Source of the DNA: Eledone cirrhosa | Lineage: Eukaryota | Direction of reading: 5' to 3' | NCBI GenBank assembly: GCA_964016885.1 | Contig: OZ024741.1 | Span: 96,162,001 to 96,226,000 of the forward strand | DNA: 64,000 bases | Shown: positions 55,574 through 64,000 of the stretch, piece by piece | How positions within the stretch are numbered: position 1 is the first letter of the stretch | Layout of the letters: the number at the start of each line of letters is the position of its first letter | The notes under the pieces: model-generated | Database searches by the model: none | Told to the model about the DNA's origin: nothing | The model's input: the letters and a program-made list of their open reading frames with translations, nothing else | Position numbers and translations under genes: made by a program

Positions 55574-55847
55574 AAACTTAGGAAAATCAACAAGTGTAAA
55601 CAAGGCAGAACAAAAAAGAATTATTTTAAGGGGAAACATTAAAGAAATATTTTTTGAAAATAAAAATACAAACGGTTCATCGGAAGTTGAGAGGGACTTT
55701 GGCAGTTTCGACCCCCTTCCAACGGTACAGTGTCACAACAGTCAAAGCGGTATCCTATGGAGTAAGAGACGAGACAAATGAGCAACTTACAGCACGAAAC
55801 ACTGATGATTGAAAGAAAGGAAAAAATAAAAAAATATATATATATAT

Positions 55848-56020
55848 TTAATATATCTCATATAAAATAATACAGCCAATTATCCACAAAATACAATATA
55901 GTTAGTACCCCAAACGTTTAAATGGGAATATACTCCGGTATTTCCTAATGTTTGTTGAGTGAGTTGGAAATTGGTCGGAGTATCGCTAATAGCTTTCTCC
56001 GTTTATGTAATTATATACTT
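55848..56020 (+). mobile_element. Diverged homologue of the 27524/28523 terminal repeat
   Basis: tctcatataaaataatac...ccacaaaatac...ctaatgtttgttgagtgag...tcggagt. Confidence 0.8.
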
Positions 56021-56024
56021 TTTT

Positions 56025-56650
56025 CTAGAGCGAGTAAAATTCCCGAGATCCATGGACGAGGTCTCTCCAGCGGTCTCTGTCCCTCATTATCGCTGCCATG
56101 TCCTGCGTCTCCAACAGACCAGTGTCTGTTCTTAGGGCATCAACATACGTTAACCTTGGTCTTCCTCTTCTAGTGTGTCCATGTAGGGGATCCCACAGGA
56201 GCACTGAGTGCAATGCCAACTCTGGATGTCGGTGAGCATGTCCAGCTAACCTCAGTCTCCTCTGTGTCACTTTTGAGCTGACTTTTGGGATGCTCCCATA
56301 CAGCTCTGAGTTTTTCATCCTCAGTGTATACTGATTAATGTTCAGAGCCATCCTCAGCATTCTCGTGTAGCACCCATCCACCATCTGAGTGAGTTTCTTG
56401 ATCAGTGTCCAAGTCTCAGACCCGTACAGCAGCACAGACTCCACTACAGCAATGAAGAGGCGGATTTTCAGGTCTTTATGCAGGTCAGATTTCCATACCG
56501 ATCTCAAGCTGTGGCATGCTGCCCAAGCTTTGCTCGTCCTCTCAACCACATCATCTTCCGTATTCCCAATATTTGCTCCCAAATACCGGAAGTCCTCAAC
56601 CAATTCTAGCGGCTTCCCGCCTACATTAATGATCCCTCTGGCTTCTTAAC
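56025..56650 (-). pseudogene. RTE-type LINE 3' ORF fragment
   Basis: VEDFRYLG, LKIRLF.AVVESVLLYGSETW, RRLRLAGH, RRGRP. Confidence 0.85.
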
Positions 56651-56700
56651 ATTCTCTACCAGATATTTTGTTTTAGTCTCATTCGTTCTCAGCCCCATAT

Positions 56701-57235
56701 AGATATAATCTCGAAAAGGCGGAGGGAGAGTCAATCACGTGATACAGCGGTCAGCTACCATTACTCATACTTCTCGCCTTCTCAAACAACCTCTTTCACG
56801 GCTTTTATATAAATACCCCATCCGCCTCCGTGGTATTTTTTTCAGGGTTATAAGGGGCTTAGCTCTGTTTCTTGACCGCTGTATCACGTGATTGACTCTC
56901 TCTCCGCCTTTTCGAGATTCTATCTCGCGCATCATAGACGTGTTTTGAAACCCTTAATGAGGTATCCTCTTAATAAGTCGGCAGAACCTCACAAAAACTC
57001 TATATCTCTATGATGTAGTGTTTTTGCCTAATATGCCACGAAACTACGTAGTCGGGGACTATAGAAGCAGCTTAGGTATGATATATCTTATTACTAATTA
57101 TATCTAATGTTTCTTCTCTCTTCATAGTGTATTATATAGCTCTGATACTGAATCAGTCTAATCCATTCGGATTGGTTTGTCCCAGTTATTCATAGAGCAT
57201 CATCGGTTGAGGTTTGTACCACTAACTCAGGGATA
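56701..57235 (+). mobile_element. pLTR-like element with a 54-bp inverted repeat and the 3' half of a hammerhead
   Basis: Arms 56701-56754 and 56873-56926; GAA ACTACGTAGT C gggga at 57040-57058. Confidence 0.55.
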
Positions 57236-58158
57236 TATGTGGATATATTCATGTGTATGTATGTGTCCGCATGTATCTGTGTGTTTCTCTCTATATATTG
57301 CATATATATATATATATATATATATCTAGGGACTGTAACTTGGAATTACTGCAGGTTCACCCGGTTGAGCACTCGATGTTTAGGTTCACTTCTGTGTTGT
57401 GATGTAGAGCTATACAGAGTGTAATATATTGAAAGGATAACAAGGACGATTGGTTACTCCTTCATTACATTTATTGGTAGGTGACGCACGTTTTGCCACT
57501 GATCAGCTCAAGGTTCAATCTGTATCGATCTTACCCGACTCAGTAATCGGCAGCTCGACGGATCCTTTAAAATGGTATAAGAAAATGAATACATGCTATG
57601 TGATAAATTCATAAGTTCATAAGTTGTACAATATGGGTTGTTTTGATTGGAGGAAAAGATCATAGGGATGTATTGGCCTGTAGTGCATGTGGAGGTGGAT
57701 GTAATGATAAGGTGTTGGTGACGGTCGCTGGTTGCGATGGGCTGTGATGTGGGGGTGGCGGATTGACTTTCGCCTGCAATGTGTGTCGGGGTGGATGTGA
57801 TGATAAGATGGTGGTGACGGTCGCTGACTAGGATGGGCTGTGGTGTGGGGGTAGTGGATTGTCGGTAGACAGGTTGGCGTATATTTGTGGCTGGTTATTG
57901 TGTGGGGTGTGGTTGTGGTGTTGTTGTTTATGGTAGTGGCATATGTGGTGGTGTGGTGGATGTGTTGGTGGTGTCAAGTCCATGGGGAGGTACATATCTA
58001 GACACTCTTAGTCTGACAAATACGTTGTATATATATACATGCGCATATGTACTGACATATATACATACACACTTATATACACACACATACACGCCCCCAC
58101 ATACATCCACACGTACATATATCTATATGCATATATACACACACACATATATATGCGC

Positions 58159-59553
58159 GGTAGAAATTGAACCTAACAGTAGGACAGAAAACCTTTTAGA
58201 TGTCACCCTAGAATTAGATTTAGGTCTCTACCGTCCATACCACAAACCTAATGAAAATCGTAAATACGTCAACAGACACTCCAACCACCCTAGGAGCATA
58301 ATCAACTCAATAGTTAAAAGCGTCAACAATAGAGTATCCACCCTGTCGGCTAATAGAAATATCTTCAACCAGCACGCGGAATACTACAACTCCGCACTTG
58401 TAAACGCTGGTTACATTGAGAAGATTTCTTACATCGATCCAAATAGAAACGTAACGCCGCCAAACATAACCGGACCCTTAGAAACGAACACAGAAGAGGC
58501 CACCACACCTAGAACAAATAATAACTTAAGACCCCCTGTAGCCGGCAGGGCAGCCAGCGTCACACACAACCGTCAAGGAGATAAAGCCATACTCTCCAAC
58601 CCCAAATAAGGACTCCGACTATCGCACACGTTTACGTAGTAATAGAGACAAAAGACATAACGCCAACAGATTTCTAGGAACCCCTATGACACATATGCCT
58701 GACCAAAACGCACCCATACTACCACCTAACCACAAAAACCTCACTAAACACCGCAGAGCCCGAAGTAGACCTGTCACATGGTATTCTATACACGTTGCAA
58801 CCAATATACCGGGAACCTTCTTCAGGGCTCTTGAACAATCTTTTCCACACACACATAAATACCACAAGCTCTTCAATAGACACACTGTAAAATTCTCTTT
58901 CTCCACAGCACCAAATCTAGGCCACACAATAGCACACACCAATAGGACAAAAATACGAAAAAAAATGGTTTCCCCACAACAAACCACTACCACAACCCAG
59001 AATGAAACCACATACACAACACAACACAACAACCCACATGCCAGCTCCACACAGCACGCCACCAACCGACAACGTGCCACCACACTGGTAACACCCAACT
59101 GCAACTGCAAAAAAACGGGCTGAATGCCCACTAAAGGGGGAGTGCCTCGTTAAAAACATTGTTTACCGGTGTGATGTCACAGCCGGCAATAAAGAGTACT
59201 CATGTATAGATGCAACCTCCACTACATTTAAGGAGCGCTGGTATGACCATAGAAGCTCCTTTAAACATAGGCTGAAACGATCCCAAACCAAACTGGCCGA
59301 CTTGATCTGGGACCTCAAGGACAAAAACATCGAATCCCAGGTCACATGGTCAGTCAAAAGACGCGTGGCACAACTCCCCAGTGACAGAAACCACTGCAGG
59401 TTATGCCTAGCCGAAGCGGCAGAAATAATTAAATTAAAATCTGTCATAAACTATAGGTCAGACATAATTGTCAATTGCAGACACACCAGGATGAACACAT
59501 TTTCCGCACAAATATTCGGTGGAGGGCCGCACACTAACCATGACCCAACATAA
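58159..59553 (+). pseudogene. PLE RT thumb and GIY-YIG endonuclease, disrupted, with Thr/Asn-rich inserts
   Basis: LLDVTL, YRPYHKPNE, SNHP, HKYHKLFNRHTVKFSFS, CNC...CPLKGECL, IVYRC, FKERWYDH, CRLC, CRH. Confidence 0.85.
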
Positions 59554-60470
59554 TAATAACCACCTCTGCCCCGTCTCACCATCGCCCATCTCAGTGAATT
59601 TATTTTATTGTATTGCATGTAACCATTTGTAAGCCCGTATCTTGTATATCATGCCGCATACATCACCCCACCAAAAATCACATCGCCATACACCCCTCAT
59701 CTTTGCAACATTGTGTTCTATCTGCCCTCTCTGTCAGGTTTTACCTTGCAAACCATAGTAACATCCGATCATATCACCCCATCGCCACCAACACCACCGT
59801 CCACATCGTTATATGTCTACCATCCCACACCCGCAACCTTACTCTCCCATGTTCCCTCTGTCTACCCTAACCTACAACCCCACGCAAAATTCGATCCTGT
59901 AAATGTACTGTCGAACACACCACCACCGCCACCACTAGATACATCCACATACTTCAACAATCACTAACATCATTAACATCATCAACACATATCATCCCTC
60001 CCTCCCAGAACCACTGTGTTATATCTGCCCTCTCCCTATGCTTTACCCTGTAACCCACCGTAACATCTGATCATGTAATCATATTGTTGAACATATCACC
60101 CCATCACCACCACCACCACCACCATGACCACAGCACACATCGCTATACGTCCACAAACTTTTTCCCCCGGTGTTCCCAATGTCACCTTTTAACCTGTAAC
60201 CCATCGTATTATTCGATCCTGTATATTTTTGTCGCTAACATCTCCACCACCGCCACCACAAGACACAATTCCATACCTCAACATTCATTAACTTCATTAA
60301 CATCGCCAACACATACCTTCCCTCTCGAACCAACGCAAGTGTGTGTGTCTGTGTGTAAGTATTTTTATATATGTGTGCATATATATATGCATATATATAT
60401 ATAGCCAATTTCAACCGTTGAGGTTGTCTTTTTTCCGGGTATGTCAATATTTATTTATAAAACAAATCTG

Positions 60471-60535
60471 TATTTTATCTGATGAAAGCGCACCATAATT
60501 TACCTTGGTCGCCTTGAAATATATATAATAAAATA
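60471..60535 (+). ncRNA. Type I hammerhead ribozyme in a separate short insertion (60404-60670)
   Basis: TATTTTAT CTGATGA aagcgcacca-taatttacct-tggtcgcctt GAA ATATATAT A ATAAAATA; stem I extended by tatttataaaac/gttttataaata. Confidence 0.85.
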
Positions 60536-60676
60536 ATTTTGGTTTTATAAATATAGTTTCCATTTATTAATATATTGTATAATTACTCCACTAAATTGTT
60601 GAGTGCTTTATATCAGTTATAAAATTTTTTAAGCTTGTTGAATCCCAACAAATTAAATATAACCTCTGCATATATA

Positions 60677-60751
<75 letters not shown>

Positions 60752-61544
60752 ATATATATATGTATATGTATATCTGTGTGTACGTGTATGTGTGTATATC
60801 TATATGTGTATGTGTGTATGTGTATGTGTGTATGTATGTGTATGTCTATATGTACAACACCATATCCATTGGCTCTCACCATCCCTCTATATTTGTACTA
60901 CGCCACCCCCACCGATACCCCCCTCTCTGTATATCCACACGCGCGCATGCGCATATATATGTGTGTGTATATATGCATATAGATATATGTACGTGTGGAT
61001 GTATGTGGGCGCGTGTATGTGTGTGTATATAAATGTGTATGTATATATGTCAGTACATATGCGCATGTGTATATATACAACGTATTTGTCAGACTAAGAG
61101 TGTCTAGATATGTACCTCCCCATGGACTTGACACCACCAACACATCCACCACAAACGCCACTACCATAAACAACAACACCACAACCACACCCCACACAAT
61201 AACCAGCCACAAATATACGCCAACCTGTCTACCGACAAACCACTGCCCCCACACCACAGCCCATCCTAGTCAGCGACCGTCACCAACACCTTATCATTAC
61301 ATCCACCCCCACATGCACTACAGGCCAATACATCCCTATGATCTTTTCCTCCAATCAAAACAACCCATATTGTACAACTTATGAACTTCTGACTTCATCA
61401 CATAGCATGTATTCATTTTCTTATACCATTTTAAAAGGTCCGTCGAGCTGCCGATTATTGAGTCGGCTAAGATCGATACAGATCGAACCTTGAACCTACC
61501 AATAAATGTAATGAAGGAGTAACCAATCATCCTTGTTATCCTTT

Positions 61545-61595
<51 letters not shown>

Positions 61596-62301
61596 CATAT
61601 TTACATATATATGTATTAGATAAATGCAGAAAAGTCTGCAATGTACACGATTTAATTGCATTAGATTAGTAGATTTAATTAACTGAAAGGGAAAAATGAA
61701 ACAAACGTTAAAACGCTAAAATCCACGACTATGATCCGTAGTTGCATCTTTCAGTTATCAACATTGGAGAAGAATAAAAGTATAGCCAAAACACAGAATG
61801 TGGGAAATCGATGGGTAATGGTATCGTGTGTGAAGCAATATAATTCCGTCGAGGATAGCTTCGCTTTTCCTCCTTACAGGGTCGATAAAATAATGTACAA
61901 ATAACACAATAGGATCGATATAATCAACTTCCCCCTACTCAATTATTGCTTCCCTTGTGCCTAAATCAGGAACAATTAAGTGAGCTACATTCATCATAAA
62001 TGTTACATAGAGCATTAGTAAAGTTACAAGCTGCAACATTATTTCTATTATGAACCATGGATAGATTTTCAGTGAAAATGCAAATTAATTAGTCATTAAA
62101 TAGCAATTCTATGTTTGACAGTAATAAGCCTTTTCTGGGCACTATTAATTGTTGCAGCTAAATGGGTGAATAGAAGCAGCAGGGATAAAGGGGTTCAAGC
62201 TGTTACCGATATTTCAGTCAATATCGACTCACATATGTAATACTTCTAACAGAAGATGCGCATGTTTGGGAGACCGTGGAGGAAAACTTTTATAATACAA
62301 C

Positions 62302-62501
62302 NNNNNNNNNNNNNNNNNNNNNNNNNNNNNNNNNNNNNNNNNNNNNNNNNNNNNNNNNNNNNNNNNNNNNNNNNNNNNNNNNNNNNNNNNNNNNNNNNNN
62401 NNNNNNNNNNNNNNNNNNNNNNNNNNNNNNNNNNNNNNNNNNNNNNNNNNNNNNNNNNNNNNNNNNNNNNNNNNNNNNNNNNNNNNNNNNNNNNNNNNNN
62501 N
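62302..62501. other. Assembly gap (200 N)
   Basis: Run of n. Confidence 1.
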
Positions 62502-62988
62502 CTTAAAGCCTTTCTATTTTGCGAACGTTACAAGCAGCAAATTCTCCGTAGCCACAAATATTTTACTTCGGTTAGGAGGAGTGGGTGTTTTGCTACAGTT
62601 TTCTAGTAAATCTTCAGCCTCAATAAAGCACGTTAAACTGTTTCTTTTAGTGGCTTCTCTCCTTGACTCCAATGAAAAGCTTTTCAAGAGGAAAGTGGTT
62701 AACTATGTAAGACAAGAGGGTTATATTGTTGAGAAATTACATAACCACGTATACAAACACACACACATCTATCTATCTATTTCCGGATGATATAGACGTT
62801 TTTCACATCGGCTCCTCGATTATTGGATATATTACGTGTTAACGGTAAGTGTTTGTCTGTATTCTTGCGTTATTGTGTTAATTAACCCCCTTGCCTGGGT
62901 CTTCGCATATTAGGGTTAATTTATTTCACCCCTTTTAGGGTGAAATGTTTCATCCTAAAAATCTTGTAATTACCTCTACGCTAGTGGT

Positions 62989-64000
62989 AATGGAAGCCAT
63001 TACCGCAGGTAACGATGACACGCCCACTAAACAAACTGAAGGAGAGCGGGGTAGCGGGTGCAACAAGCCTCCCTACTGAAAGAATAATGATTATTAGAAA
63101 CATTTAAAAAATGGAGCCTAACCCTAATGAAAAAAATTGACTCGGAGAAATTGCCAACATTAATGGATGCCGTTTCGACTTTTCACGGCGCCACACCCAC
63201 CAGCAAAGGTGAAAGAGAAGTAGTAGCTGTGACTACAAGTCTCTCGGATACTGAAAATATAAGTGAACATATTGAAAAAATGGAGTCTAACCCCAACGGG
63301 GAAAAAAATGTGAACGCATACACCAACATAAATAACACAAACACAACAAAAAATGAAAATTGTAACAACAAAAGACAAGAAAACAACCACATTTCGACAC
63401 ATGTAAACAAAGAGGGGGCGAACAAAATGACGTTCACTCAAACTACGAAAAAAACATTGTGTGTGAACCTATTGACATTTCGAACATGGCCCAGCAAATG
63501 GAAAATGCACGGAAGTATATAACTTTGGAGGAGAATGGTCTATTTTCGTTAAATTCTCCCCCAGAGCTAAAAAAAGGAAAATAGCTTAAAAACTATTATT
63601 TATAGGACAATATCAAACAATACCCGTAAGCCAGTACAACTCACACAGACAGAGATTGAACTGGCTTTAAAAGATCATCTGAAAAACATTGTATTCATTC
63701 GGAATGAAAGATAAATTGACGGCCGAAAAACATTCCCTGGCCCCAATTGTGTCCCCCTTATTTACCTTCTTCCCCACTTATTTGGGAAGAAGAACGCAAA
63801 TATTGACCATACACAGTATCGATCCGGATATTGATTTCTGGGCGGTACTGTGTGGCCTCTTCGACTTGAAAGAGGAAGCAGTAATTTCGGTAGGTAAGTC
63901 TTCCAGCAACGTGTTCGGTGGAACTAGCATGCAAGTTCTGGTGCAAATGCAAGCCAGAACGAATTGCTAGGATCCCCGACCGCATATTGCTGGATGGGCT
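62989..64000 (+). pseudogene. Probable broken LINE ORF1 (L1/Tx1-like), running off the window
   Basis: Frameshifted low-complexity N-terminus, then FFPTYLGRRTQILTIHSIDPDI; hairpins in the upstream UTR; the clade call is tentative. Confidence 0.35.

Larger units (their letters stand above)
57327..61548 (+). mobile_element. 5'-truncated Penelope-like element with inverted pLTR arms
   Basis: Arms ~57424-58158(-) and ~60949-61548(+); degenerate hammerhead at 57479-57566. Confidence 0.85.

Noticed and set aside
55800-55820. CTGATGA tt GAAA
   Set aside because: No stem III or stem I pairing
59100-59135. TGA next to a Cys motif as possible selenocysteine (also at 33492)
   Set aside because: The conserved motif continues in another frame (CNCKKRAECPL; RYVGMT), so these are frameshifts rather than in-frame Sec codons

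Overview
AT-rich, microsatellite-dense animal DNA made almost entirely of transposable elements. The SINE families suggest an octopod cephalopod (inference), and no host protein-coding gene is supportable. Recognisable elements are a near-intact R4/Dong-type LINE (14.6-18.5 kb, minus strand), a degraded RTE LINE with three C-terminal C2H2 fingers plus a bipartite non-autonomous partner, an IR/DR Tc1 transposon (45657-47221), a non-autonomous Helitron, tRNA-derived SINEs, and several Penelope-like elements (PLEs) with inverted pseudo-LTRs. The main hidden signal is about 25-30 type I hammerhead ribozyme motifs (about 14 with an intact catalytic core) from roughly ten or more unrelated repeat families. 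They share a palindromic stem III and often a non-canonical 10.1-11.1 pair. Several carry large or branched stem II insertions or core variants (U3-A8, A4, G17). Some lie in ORF-less tandem units (about 545 bp and about 1 kb, retrozyme-like), some genomic copies end at the predicted cleavage site, and many families share a downstream GAGYRCTC motif and (TA)n insertion sites. All structures were read by eye and none has been computed or tested.
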